Shown here in pieces: positions 38,962 to 53,070 of a stretch of DNA of 64,000 nt. Both the position numbers and the translations under genes were made by a program. Below the pieces are notes generated by a model. The model saw only the letters and a program-made list of their open reading frames with translations, had not been told where the DNA came from and did not search any database. How positions within the stretch are numbered: position 1 is the stretch's first letter; every line of letters starts with the position of its first letter. The DNA comes from Paragordius varius (lineage: Eukaryota > Animalia > Nematomorpha): NCBI GenBank assembly GCA_964247055.1, contig OZ176052.1:12648001-12712000 (forward strand). The letters run 5' to 3'.

Positions 38962-40765
38962 AGGTCTTGCCAGAATTTTCTTGTCGACATCAGTCAAATT
39001 TAATATGAAATGCATTTGAATTTTAGCCATCAATTAATTTATAATACTCCCAATATAATTATATGATATGAGCATAATATGTGTACTTTTAAGCAGATCG
39101 CATTGGTTAAAAAAAATTAAATTTTTATGGAATGTTTTTTTACCTATTAAATAGATTTACAATTTTTATTGGAAAAAATGCTTAGCTAAATATACATGTT
39201 AGTTAAGGCAAACATTTTGAGTTTTTAGCGAATTGTTGTGTGATATTTCATGATATTAATAAATATGTATTTATAAAATTTAACCCATATAAAAAACAAA
39301 ATATTTGATTTGTTATGATATTCAAATTTTAAGTCATTGTGGATAAAATTGTCAATAATGACGCTTTATTGTACCTTTTACTTTTATAATATTTGAAAAA
39401 TGACATAATCTTATGGCTGGGTTTTATAGTAAGGATCTTTGCAGGAAATTAACTAAAACTGAATATAACTATGGTTATACCAGATGCAGTTATAAGTTAC
39501 GGTTTTTTGGTAAAATATATATGTAAGTATTAAATAATCAATTATCTTTATCTGAATATTGTACATCGGCTTCTACACCTTTTGCCCATCTTTGTAATAT
39601 ATGAATGCCCTGCCAATCTCATAAATCATTGAAGTGCTGTTCTACCAGGGTGTTCCCCATTTGTACAAAATTGTATTAGTCAGAAGAGTTTAACGTGCTA
39701 AATCTCAAAGGTATTTCAAGCTGTCTTTTACAGGTTTTGCTGTGTGAGACGGAATATATCTTATTATAATTTATATTATTATTAAATTTTAAAAATTTTT
39801 GCTTCATTCTATTTTAAAGGATGGTGGAATCAATATAAAAATAACGTTAGTTTGCCTTCAAATTTAATTTAAATATAAATTTTTTAATTTAGCCAATTTG
39901 AGATTAAACTAAACTAATCAAAATTTTGATAATAGTAATGTTCAGCATTATAAAATTATATAGAAAAGGTGATTTTATAATATACTAAAATGTTTTTTAC
40001 CATTTCACGTTTCAAATTATAAAATTCGCATTATTTAAATTATGCTATTTAAATTTATAAGCAAAACATATATTTTTTCGAAAAAATTTAATGATGTCAA
40101 AATTTGGGAATATTTAATTTTAATTGCATTGCGCAATATCGATATTTTCGCGTTTGGTTTTAGAAAACTAGCCTATTTTATAAGGGATCAAAAATTTGCG
40201 AGTATTGGAATCTACGTCTAAAATTTTTGAATTTATATAAATATTGTTTTCCATTTTAATATAGTTTAATAATGGTATTTTTTGGATTGAAACGTTTATT
40301 TTTTCCCATAAAATTATCATTTGATAGCATGTGCATTTTAAAATTTTTTGGTATGCAGTAATTGCTACAATCTATTAACCTTCTTATATCATTCGTAAGG
40401 TCCGATACCAGAAACACCATCAAAATCCTATATATTATTAGAATTTATATATCATCATATTTTTGAATACACTATGTAATTCAATGATGCTGAATTTCTA
40501 TAATCTTAGTTTTTTTATAAAAAATTGTTTTTGACTACAAACTATGGTCAATGATTTTTTTGTAAAATACACATACACAGAGGTGTAGTTTGCATTTCTG
40601 GCGCCTGGTGCATGAATGCGTGATGGCGCCCCGCTCCTCTCCATGGAGCCCCTTGAATTTTAAAAAATCAAATTTAAACCGTGGTCATGATCACTCATAA
40701 ATGGGTGATACCTATTTCTATATATTAAAATTATTTTTGTTCAAAATCCGGCGCCATTTTAACTA

Positions 40766-42921
40766 TACCATTTACATTTCAAGAGTGTCCTTGAACACTT
40801 CAAGTTGGTCTAGGACATTTCAAGTTGGTCCTTGTACAATTCAAGTTGGTCCTTAAACAGTTCAAGTGACATTTCAAGTTGGTCTTTGTAAATTTTATTG
40901 TTTTTGACCTTTTTTTATTATTTAACATAAATTTTAAATCGATATCAACTTTTGATTGAGAAACCGTATATCTTTATTAATTTCTTAAACTAATTTTGAA
41001 TATTTAAAAGATTTTAACAGGAAATGAAAAAACATATAAGTTTGGGTTATTAAAAGTTTTTCATTAAAAACATTAAAAAGTCAAAAATTTTGTTCAATTG
41101 AAAAAAATAGTTTGAAACAAAAAAGTGGTTTTTTATAAAAAATTTTATTTTTATTATATATGGAATCAATCAGCAAAAATTATATAATTTATTATAATAT
41201 AATATTTCGATTACTACAAGTAATCTTTGTCAAACGTAAAAATAAAATTAAAATATAAACTAAAATTTAAATTATAAAGTAAAAATATTTAATGAAACTA
41301 AAAAAACATATGTGTATTGTTAATAAGAAAAAAATTTGTAATATTATTAATATTGTTAAGGTCTTTCTTTCTGTTCATTATATTCCCTTCTTTGTTAATA
41401 TAAAAACTTTCTTTCAATATTCTTTTTGTTTTATTTTCCTCTGTATCGACAAACAATTTAATTAACTTGGCTATTTCAAATTCATATGTTAAATTTAATG
41501 ACACAATATATCATCAAAAAATCGGAGTACCTATGGGATCCCCCTTTTCAAGTGTAATTGCGGAAATTACAGTTCGATATGTTGAATCCAAAGTTTTACA
41601 AAAACAAAAAGAACCTTACTTTTACTACAGATACGTAGATGATATAATATGCATTGATAGCGAAAATAATATTAAACAACTACTAAAAACATTTAATTGC
41701 ACAAGTCCATTAAGATTTACTTTAGAAAAAGAAAATAACAATAAAATTACATTTTTGGGATGTATTGATAGAAAAAAACAATAACAAAATATCCACTGAA
41801 GTACATTACAAATCAGATATAAATATAATAAACTATAATTCTCACCACCCGGATAATTGTTTTAACTCCCTTGTGCATATACTAATTCCTAACAGTATAG
41901 AGAAAAGAACCTCGCAAACATCTGAAATAGTAAAAAAATTATTAGAACATAATTACCCACAAAATTTAATCACTAACGCCATCAACAAAATTTTAAACTC
42001 AAAACCTAAAAAAATTTACAATAATAATAAAAAAAAGAAAATTATAATACCATTCTATGAATCCGTAAGTTACAAAATCAAAGAAATACTTAAAGAGAAA
42101 TACACAATAATATTTAAACCATTAAATAATATCTATAAATTATTAAATTCACAGAAAAAGAATCCTAATTCTCAATGTATAATATATAAAATTAAATGTC
42201 AAGATTGCGACAGTGTATACATTGGTCAAACAAAAAGAGGATTAGATGTTAGGATAAAAGAACATAAAACGGCAGTTAACAAGATAAAACAAATGATTCG
42301 GCTTTGGCATATCATGCCTTTAAATGCAAACATAAAATAGACTGGAATGCCGAAGTTGTCGATACAGAGGAAAATAAAACAAAAAGAATATTGAAAGAAA
42401 GTTTTTATATTAACAAAAGGGAATATAATGAACAGAAAGAAAGACCTTAACAATATTAATAATATTACAAATTTTTTTCTTATTAACAATACACACATGT
42501 TTTTTTAGTTTCATTAAATATTTTTACATTATAATTTAAATTTTAGTTTATATTTTAATTTTATTTTTACGTTTGACAAAGATTACTTGTAGTAATCGAA
42601 ATATTATATTATAATAAATTATATAATTTTTGCTGATTGATTCCATATATAATAATACAATCACACTTCAGCGTAAACAATATCCAATTTTATTTTTATT
42701 GAATAAATATATAATAAATAAAGAAAATTAGGCTAATAAATAATAATAAAAAATAAATGCAAAAATTATGGTTAAATCAAAATTTATAAATTTTAAGGAC
42801 TAACTTGAAATGTTCAAGGACCAACTTGAAATGTTTAAGGACGAACTTGAAATGTTCAAGGACCAACTTGAATAAGGACCAACTTGAAGTGTTCAAGGAC
42901 ACTCTTGAAGTACAAATGGTA
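40766..42921. mobile_element. Second V element, carrying a nested Penelope insertion
   Basis: Same termini and insertion site as 31955-32529; 21-bp repeats at both ends. Confidence 0.8.
41156..42685 (+). mobile_element. 5'-truncated Penelope-like retroelement (RT + GIY-YIG endonuclease) with inverted 3' repeat and 15-bp TSD
   Basis: RT motifs QKIGVPMGSPFS, YYRYVDD, ITFL(D)V, YNSHHP; GIY-YIG IIYKIKCQDCDSVYIGQTKRGLDVRIKEH and ILKESFYIN; frameshifts near 41760 and 42290. 41156-41452 is the reverse complement of 42356-42650. TSD AATTTTATTTTTATT at 41141-41155 and 42686-42700 (single copy in the V element at ~32292). Confidence 0.92.
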
Positions 42922-45232
42922 TATAGCGCCGGTGCATCCTTCCTTTCCTCAATCTAGCTATACCACTGATTTTCCATTTAACTTAATAAAAGGAATGAAT
43001 TTAATGAAAAATCTTATTATATAGAAAAAGTATTTTTACATTATAGGGCTTGTTTATACCTTTTTTAACAAATTCAACATAACATAAAATACTGTTAACC
43101 AATAAATTAAATTAAAATTTAATTTGAGGAGCATATGCGTTAAAAAAATTGATGCCATATTCTAGCATAATTCTTATCGCACAAGTCGACATTAGAAAAC
43201 AGTCCATTTAGAAGGGGCCTAGATATTTAAAAATTTCCGCCCCATCCAAAATAAATTTTTAAATATAAAATTTTGCTTTTTATATATAGTTTGCTATGAA
43301 TGATATTTTTGAATAATATTTCATCCTATAACACCCCCCGATTTCGGAATTAGTGCAATAAGTTGTGATACAAAGTTGCTCATTTAGTAAAAGTAATTTT
43401 TTTAAATTTATTATCACAATCAATTTTTTTAAAAAAATCTTATAAAATAGCCTTTTTAAAGGATATATTTTGACAATTCTTAAAGCTTAGTTTGATAGCC
43501 CATAAAAATATTTAGTGTTTTTTTTGATAACATCTAGATCCATACAATAGAATATTCCCCATAATTGTGCGTGGATTCGTAACGATTTCGATACGGCTTA
43601 ACTGTCTAATTAGAGAACTTAAAAATCTTTTAAATATAAGATCGATTAATCTAAAAATGCTTAAATTTTAGCCATATCCTGGACCCCTTAATTTTGCAGC
43701 ACCTTCCAATAAGTGTTCACTTAATGAGTATTACATCTTATTATCATGATTTGAAAATCGAACCAAAGTTGATATTTACAAATTTAAGTATCTATTTAAT
43801 TCTAGGCATATCTATCTTTTTTCATTAATTAGCAAATACGCTGGCAACAGTACTCGTATGTCGGCCACTTTCATGATTATCGTATTTTAGACGCTATTAT
43901 ATTTTAATTACAGTGAAAAAAATGCGTCAATTATTGATTCATATGTTAACTGCCAACATTATTATTATAGTAATGTATTTACAACATTTTTCTCTCGATT
44001 TCTTTAAACTTGAAAAGCTTTAAGACGTTTTATTAACCTTCACACTAGAAAAGATAATTTATTGAGTGCTATTATGAATTCAAAATTCATTTTATTAAAT
44101 ATACATGAAAAAAAAATAAGAACAATTAACAGTTTTTTACATGTCTTTATTTTTATAGAATGCTCTACGCCTATATTATTTAATTTATTCCATTCAGTTA
44201 ATATACAATGAAAGCATTTTTCAGACTTGGGAACCTAAAAAAGTAAATATTTAATTAAGTCTTTCAATATTTTATAATATAGAGAACTCTATACAGCTGC
44301 CTTTTCTACTACTCATATGATTTTAAAGTACATTTTACTCTAAAGGATAACTTAATAATAAAAGCCTACAATCGAATATGTAGATTTGTATCTTTCACAG
44401 TAAGTGGAGTTTACTATATATAAAGTATCAGTGGGTAGTCTCTTTCTACCATCCAAAAACGTTCAGTAATGCATAAACGTATAAAATTTCAAAAAATAGA
44501 GAACACTCAAAAATACATTGGTCACATTCATGTATATTGGTACTCTTAAAATGTGAATTAGGTATTTTGAAAAAAAATGAATTTATACCACTTTTTTTGT
44601 TGCATATATTTGGATTTGCATTCTTCAAATTATTTATAACATTTTAAATGATTTGAAAATTAATATAATTTGTTTCGGATTTATAATTGTCCGATTACAA
44701 TTAGAATTGGCCAATGTAGATGATAGGAGTAAGTATTTAAATAAATAAAAAATGGTTTATCGGTGTTCAAAATGATATTTATTTTTTCAAGTAATCTATA
44801 TCTGATGCGATACCTATAAAATTAACAACATTTTTGCGAATTTCTATTTGAAACTTATCATTAAAAAAGACTTTATTTGATCTCTAGTAATGAAACGATT
44901 TCTTAATTTTGTATGATGGTGGTTTTTTTCCTTAACATCTTTCAACGCAATGGACACGAATGCATACTGGGTAGGGACCAATATCTATTTAGATTTATTT
45001 TTTATAAAAAATTGATCTAATTCTTAAGGTTATCGTCTAAATTTATATGAGTCCAAAAAATGTGAATAAAGTTGAGAAGCCTCTGTGTTTAAATTATAGA
45101 AATGGATATAAATATTTCAGAATAAATCATGACATAAACAATTACAAAAATTAAAAAAATAAAACGTATGATCATTATTTTTGTAAAAAAAATTAATTAT
45201 AAAGAATTTTTTTCGGTCCCAACAATCAATTT

Positions 45233-46316
45233 CACTAAACAACAAATTTTGACTTTTTTAAACTCCCATTCTTGTAAATTTAAAATTTATTTCATTAAAG
45301 TGTATAAGTAGTATATCTGAAAAAAAAATTGGTCAAACACCCAAGAATTGTTTTAAATCAGAGTTTATCGATAATTTTTGGCCCCGATTTAACATTTAAC
45401 TCGAAATTTTGAAAATCAAAAGTTTTAGATATGAAGCCATGTATTTTATATCATTCGAAAGAGCTCAAAAAACGTATCTTTTAAATCGTAGTAAGTCATT
45501 TAAATCAATCGGATGTAAAAGTTATTTGGGTTTAAGTGGTCGAAATTTTCAATCCTTAAAGTCAAATGTTTTCACAGACAAACTAATATGAAAATCATAT
45601 AAATTATTTTAATATAATTATTAGGGTTATATTAGTATTTATTAAAAAAAATGTTTGAAAAATCTTTTGGTTTGCTTTTTTGATAAATATTATTATTATC
45701 ATAATTACCTAGTGGATACTAAAATGCATAGTTATAACTGTAAATTTATTACATAATGGCTATAAAAGATCAAAAACACCTTAAACTTTGTTTCTATCTT
45801 TAAAATTTCGTAATTATCAGCCTGGTAAATAAAATAAATTAATATTGATGAGATGGTAATTTTTAAAAAACAAAACTTAAAAATGTCTGTTTTGAGTGAC
45901 ATAAAATCGATAAAAAAATGTTTAATCAAAAAAACTTTCTTGTGTTATCTTTTTTGGATATTCATCACCATCTAAATAAATGAGCTATTTTCGTCCATTA
46001 GTTTTAAAAATATATTAATTAAAAAAATGCTCTCGCTTCGCGCGTTTGTCGCTCTCTGTGTCCAATATTAGTATGCATTTTATAGAGTTTTTATTACTCT
46101 TTCAAATGATATATTACAAACGGGCATTACTTGTATATTTTCAAAGGAAAACATTTTTTAGTAAAATTTTAATAAAGAGGGCGCATAATCAAAAAATCAA
46201 ATTAAACAAAATTCTCATAAGGAGTCATAATAAATATTTCAAATTTACTGTTAAAATGATACTAAATATCAGAAAATGCAAAAAACTCGAGTGGCATAAA
46301 AATTTGTTTTCCAGTG
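45233..46316. mobile_element. Non-autonomous DNA transposon 'Z' (1084 bp) with CACT(A/G)...CAGTG termini (CMC/EnSpm- or Transib-like)
   Basis: Inserted in the T-run of CAATCAATTTTTGTTT (empty in U1-U3); starts CACTAAAC, ends TTTTCCAGTG; no ORF. TSD length unclear because of the T-run. Confidence 0.7.
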
Positions 46317-47037
46317 TTTGTTTATATTTCATCGTATTTTATCAACACCTATTTAATAAAGAAGTTAATATTTAGCTTTACACCGTTTAACATACATGTT
46401 AATAGTATGGAATAATCTAAACACTAACAGTTTATGTGAAAAATTTTCCAAAATATAATTTTTATTATTCTTTAATATCTGAATTTTTATACAGAATGCA
46501 ATGAGGATCAACCTAATTAGTGAAAACTCGGTAAAACACATGTTGCTTGAATGATGAATTTTGTGGTAAATTTTTTTATTACTCAAAATTTTTTATTTTA
46601 GCGTTACTTCATTCCAATATTCGGAATAATAATAGAAGTTGCACACACAAAGTTTATTAATTATTACCATTTAAAGCTATAACAATTTCATGATTTTTGG
46701 AATAAAAAAATCAGGTCAAAATACTAGGATTTTGTATACCTTTAATTATCTATTTGCCAAAATCAAAATCACACTTTTCGCGCACTTTTCATATAAGTGC
46801 TTAAAATAGGGGGATACGCTTAAATTTTATCTTTTATAAGTTCTATAGAGATCATCTCAAATCAGTCTATATATAACTCTTTACGATAATATTAAAAAAG
46901 ACAATAGCTGATACATTTTATTTAAATATGTCATTGCTAATAATGATAGTTTACCCATGTTCGTTTATAAGTTATTAAAATAGAATAAAGTATTATAATT
47001 TTGCGTTATAGAGGAATTAGACTAAGAACATAACATA

Positions 47038-47074
<37 letters not shown>

Positions 47075-49758
47075 ACAATTTAATGTATAAAGATTATTGC
47101 CTCAGTCATTCAAATTAAAAATTTTTACCCGTAAGCCGGAATCAAAAACTTAAGTTGCGCCAATATAATTAAAGTTTTAGGGATTAATATTTGCTAATCA
47201 AACAATTAAGGCGATGGAAATTCTTATAAACATCATATTGTACAAATATATATATATATATATATATATATTATCGAATTCGGAAACAAAAATGTATTAT
47301 ACCTAAATTCGTATTTTTAGATAATTAAATTTACTGGCTTTAATAAGTGGACGTTACATAAAAAGATAAACCTTAAATTTCAATTAATATGTTTTTTAAA
47401 AACTCTTGATATCCTTTTTAGCTACTTATAAATCACATATTCAAAAGGTTTTTGGACGAGCCTGTAAAATTTAGGCATTTTAGGCAAAAAAAACAAAATA
47501 TTGAAATTGTATGAAATTGTCACTTTTATATCTTTTATATAAAACTTTATAAATTTAGATTTAACGAAGCTATTAATTTATATATATAAATATATATATA
47601 TAACTTATATCTTTGATGCAATTTAAAAAAATAAAAAAAATCATTTAGTACAACCACTTGGTTAAATATATTTAAAAGTAAAACTTAATCATTTAAATAA
47701 GTTGAGAAAATTTTATAATTTAATTGATAAAATGGAATACTGGTATTTTTTATATTTAATGAGGTATAATTGTTTACAGAAAAATTATAATATGATTAAT
47801 AAAAGTGTAACATTTTTGTTAAATTGGAAACAAATAAATGGTAGTAGAAAACCATATTATTTGATTAATCTGGCATAGTTGACGCTTGAGGGTATGTTGG
47901 ATTTTTGCTAATATTGTTGTATTGATCCTCCTATTGAGTCGTATTATTAATGTTGTCAGCAAGACCCGGGTGGTTCTTATGTTTAAAAAGATTGGATAAT
48001 CTCGTCTATATCTCTTGTCTGGATTAACATATATTACAATGGACTAATTGGTTTGTATCTTCCGGAGTTCCTGTCGCCCTTAACTCCGTTTTAAAGTGGC
48101 AAAGAAATTCATAAACTTAATGATGCGTATGTTAAACTATTAAAAAATTGACATATTTTGGCTCTAACCTTTTTTATGAAAGGTAAGACTGCTGTTCAAA
48201 TAGGAATTTTAAAATTTGATTCGTATTTTGTTTCATCCAAAAGTTTTGATTGCTAGGTTTCCTAGGTTATCATGCACCAACTTCGCGAACAATTTTGTAT
48301 CAAACACACATGTTCGAAGTTAATTCCAACTACTTTAACCGCGTGGTGTTGTTAAAAACTTACAGCCTATGGACAAATTGGGAAAATCGACTTGAGAAAA
48401 TCGTAGTCTCTAGTTTATAAAGGTATATACTTATTAGAATAATAAAAAACCGAGTTTCGTATTATTGTGCGATAAATTTTTTACACTCGATTAATTTGTT
48501 TTTGGGATAACCATTTTATGATAGATCTCTATTAAGGTCGTAACGGATTTTTAAGCTGGAAGATCAATAATTTAATTCCAAAAAGTATATTATTTTTAAG
48601 CTTTCGATATTTATTTGAGAAAATATTAAATAAAAAAAGTATAGTATTTTATTATTTTAAAAAGTTGTTTTTATTCAGATGATGGTTTTATTTTATTACG
48701 GTGATTTTATAAAAATAATACAAAAATAGTAAAATATTATAGTGTTTTAAGAGCTTAATATTGTATCAGCAAAAAATTAATAATAATTAAAAAATTTATA
48801 TTTTTTTTCTTTTAAATTATAAAATTCAATCACAACCGCAATAATATTAAACCATTATCTGACTATAAAAAACTTTTAATAATAAAATACTATACTTTTT
48901 CCTTTTCTATTTTCATTTAGTATTTTCATAATATAAATATATATTTACATAATAAAATATTTTATTTTTTTGTAATTATATACTTTAGATTATATAATAT
49001 TCGTCTCTCAATATAAAACTTTAAATAATAAATTATACTTTTTAAAATTATCCAAACACAAAAATCTAAAACCTTAACAAATAAAAAAATTTTGTTCTTT
49101 ATTCGTCCAAAGACAAATATCTAAAACTTTAAATAATTACATATTATACTTTCCCAGAATTAATTTTTGAAAATCCATATTCAGAGACAAGCATCTAAAA
49201 CCTTAACTAATCAAAAAAGTTTTGAAAATCTTGTATTGGTCCAAAGACAAATATCTAAAACTATAATTATTTAAATATTATACTTTATACTTTTTATTAA
49301 TATATTTTTCAACTTGTAATATTCACCGAAATACAAGGAATATCAAAATTTGATTCGTATTTCGTTCATTTACCAAAGGTGGTGCTTAAAAACTTACAGC
49401 CTGTGTATGGCAAATTGGGAAAATCGACTTGAGAAAATCGTAGTCTCTGGGGCATGCTCTAGCCTATTGGGATAAATATTACAAGGATCCTTGTATTGGG
49501 ATGAATATTACAAGTTGAAAAATATATAAATATGAAAAAGTATAATATTTGAGTTTTAGATATTTGTTTTTGGACGAATAATAGAATAAAAATTATATGA
49601 TTAGTTAAGGTTTTAGATACTTGTCTCTGAATATAGATTCTTAAAATAACTTAATTCTGGAAAAGTATAATATTTGATTATTTGAAGCAGTTTTTTAAAA
49701 TTATTAACTTTAAACCTTTATTAAATGATTACATATATTTTTGAAATATGAAATTTAG

Positions 49759-49848
49759 TATCGAACCGTAGATCTTGAAGGTACCGCCAAATGTTCCGAA
49801 TTTACGGGGGAAATTTGTCGCAAACTCGAACAAATGCCAATTAAATAA
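49759..49848 (+). other. IDH3A: Duplicated IDH3A terminal exon, copy 5 (frame intact, G>E)
   Basis: AG|[29 protein letters not shown]; 90 nt. Confidence 0.9.
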
Positions 49849-52090
49849 GTGTTTTGCCAGAATTTTCTTATCAACATCACTCAAATTTAATGGGAAATGC
49901 ATTTGAATTATAGCCATCAATTAATATGTAATACTCCTATTCAAATTATATGATATGAGAATAATATGACTGCTTTTCAAGAACATCATATATTTACTTA
50001 CTAAAGGTTAGGGTTGTACGACATTACATTTTTAAATTTTTATGGAATGTTGTTATACATACTGAATATTTTTTTAATTTTTATTGGAAAAAATTTATTG
50101 CTTAGCTAAATATACATGTTAGTTAAAGCAAACATTTTAAGTTTTATAGCGAATTTGTTGTGTGATATTTTATAATTATAAATAAATATGTATTTATATT
50201 TGATTTATTATTGATATTCAAATTTTAAATCATTGTGGATAAAAATGTCAATAATGACGCTTTATTGTGCCTGTTACTTTTATATTTAAAAATAATCTTA
50301 TGGTTGGGTTTTATAGTAAGGATCATTGCAGGAATTCAGATAAAACTGAATATAACTATGGCTCTACCAGATCCTGTTATAAGTTACGGTTTTTTGGTAA
50401 AAATATATATGTAATTATTAAATAATAAATTATCTTTATTCTAAATATTGTACATCGGCTTCTACACCTTTCGTTCATCTTTGTAAAATATGAATGCCTG
50501 CCAATCTTATAAATTATTGAAGTGCTGTTCTGCCAGGGTGTTCCTCATTGATACGAAGTTGCATTAGTCAGAGGACGTCAGGTCAGAAGAGTTAAACGTG
50601 CTAAATCTCCCATCGAAGGTATTTTAAGTTAACTTATACAAGTTTTGCTGTGTGAGACGGAATATATCATATTATAATTTATATTAATTTTTATTTAAAA
50701 TTTTTGGCTTCATGTTATTTTGAAGGATGGTGGAATCGATAAATAATTGTTTTGAGATAATACTTTATGATTCTATCACCTTAAAATTTTAATTAAAACG
50801 TTAGTTTGCCTCCAATTTAATTTAAATATGATGTTTTTAATTTACTCAAATTTGAGATTAAAGTAAACTAATCAAAGATGATAGAAATGTTCAGCATTAC
50901 AAAATTATATGGAAAAAGTGATTTTATAACATACTAAAATGTTTTTTACCATCGTTTTAAAATATTATAAAATTCGCATTACCAAAATTATGCTATTTAA
51001 TTTAAGCAAAACATACATTTTTCGAAAAAATTTATTGATGTACAAATTTGGGGAATATTTAATTTTATCGCGCATCAACATTTTTGCGTTTGGTTTTAGT
51101 AAACTAGCCCATTTTATAGGAGTTTAAAAATTTGCGACTATTGGAGCTTACGTCTAAATTTAAAAATAAATAAAAATATAGTTTTGCATTTTAATATAGT
51201 AAAAATTTAATTATATTTATTGGATTAAAACATTTAGCTTTGCCCAAAAAATTATCATTTAAATAGAATGTGCAATAATTTTACAATTATTTTGGTATTC
51301 AATAATTGCTACAAAGCAATCTTTCTTATATCCGTAAGGTCTATTAGAACATCAGAATTCTGATACATACTATTAGAATTTATATTTCATCAGGATATTT
51401 TTTAGGTACACTGTGTAAATTTGTGATGCTGATTTCTATAATCTCAGATTTTTTATAAAAAAATGTTTTTGACTTCAAACTATTAATTGATTGTAAAATA
51501 CACATCAGAGGTGTAGTTTGCATTTCTGGCGCCTGGTGCATGAATGCGTGATGGCGCCTGCATAAAAAATAATCAAATTAAAACCGTGGTCATGATCACT
51601 CATAAATGGGTGATTTTATTATTTATTTAAATTAATAACTTTCAAATACCCATTTTTTTGAATTAAAATTATTTTTATTTAAAATCCGGCGCCCTTTTAA
51701 CTATGGCACCGGTGCATCCTTCCTTTCCCCCCTCTAGCTACGCCACTGATTTCACATTTATCAATTTTAAAACGAATGAATTTAACAAAAAATCTGAGGT
51801 GATAGGAAATTTCAGCATATATAGAAAAAGTATTTTTGCCATTATAGGGCTTATTTATTTATACCTTTTTCAACATGTTCAAAATAGCATAAATTACCAA
51901 TAAAATTAGAATTAAATTTTAAGGAATATATCCGTTTATAAAAATTGATGTCATATTCTAGCATAATTCTTATCGTACAAAGTCGACATTAGAAAACAGC
52001 CCATTTTGAAAGAGCCTATATATTTAAAATTTTCCGGCCCATCCAAAAATTAATATTTAAATATAAAGTTTATTTTGCTTTTTATATATA

Positions 52091-53070
52091 GGGTGGGGTG
52101 ATAAAAAAGTCGCACTTGACTTGTAAGTCAAGCGTGGCAAGTTGAGCAAGTTTACTTAAGCCAGCAAGTGTACACTTGAAGATCGGTGATAAAAAACACT
52201 CAAGTCAAGTCTTTTGCTTATGAATGTAACATTTTTTGCCACCCAATTCGAATATCTTAGAAATTATTTTGATCTTCAGCCAAAATTTATGAAATAAACA
52301 ATATGCATTTATTGACGTTTTTCAAACTCACTGGCAAGTATCTTAATTAATATTATAGAATGTTTAAATAATGAGCCTGGTAGTAATTTTTGAATTGAAG
52401 AAACTATTCACCCTTAAAACACTTTCCATTTATTTATTACACTACATATTGTTTGGAGTCCATTTGCAAATATAATGGGAAGATGTTTACACAATATAAC
52501 ATAATTATATTTAAATGATTATAAACATTACATTCGAAATAAATTTATAATGAAATAAATTCTTTACATTGGTTTTAATAGTGAAGTAACATTTTGCTTT
52601 TAATAAACGAAGATTTGAAATTTTACAAAATTAATTTTAAGAAATTTTCGAGAATCCAATTTTTTTGCTATCACGGAATTGATATATTTAGCATATTTTT
52701 ATATGCCAGTGATTAAATATTAGCAGAGTTTTTCTATAAATTTATCCTCTTTGTATCCACCCAATAAATAGATTAATTTGCCAAAATTTTATGAAATTAA
52801 CAATTTATAGCATTAACGAAGGTTTGAATTAAATATAAAACATAATATTTATACATAAATAGTTTCCAAAATAATTTTATCCATATTTTTAAATCTGTCA
52901 AGTGTGCCCTACACCACACTTGCTAAATCTTTAAATGATTTTTTATCATCTCCGAATCAATTTTTATTGCTTGACTTAAGTCGTGTAATGTTAAATTTTT
53001 TTTATCACATGAAAGCAAGCCACTTGAAAAACTTGCAAATCAAGTCAAAAAATTTTTTATCACCCGACCC
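52091..53070. mobile_element. Second copy of element T (980 bp)
   Basis: Same TIRs, ATA flanks and insertion site as 20017-20977. Confidence 0.8.

Noticed and set aside
45409-46375. ORFs inside element Z (45409, 45732, 46046, 55157) and foldback ORF 26110-26298
   Set aside because: Short AT-driven ORFs with no transposase or other motifs.
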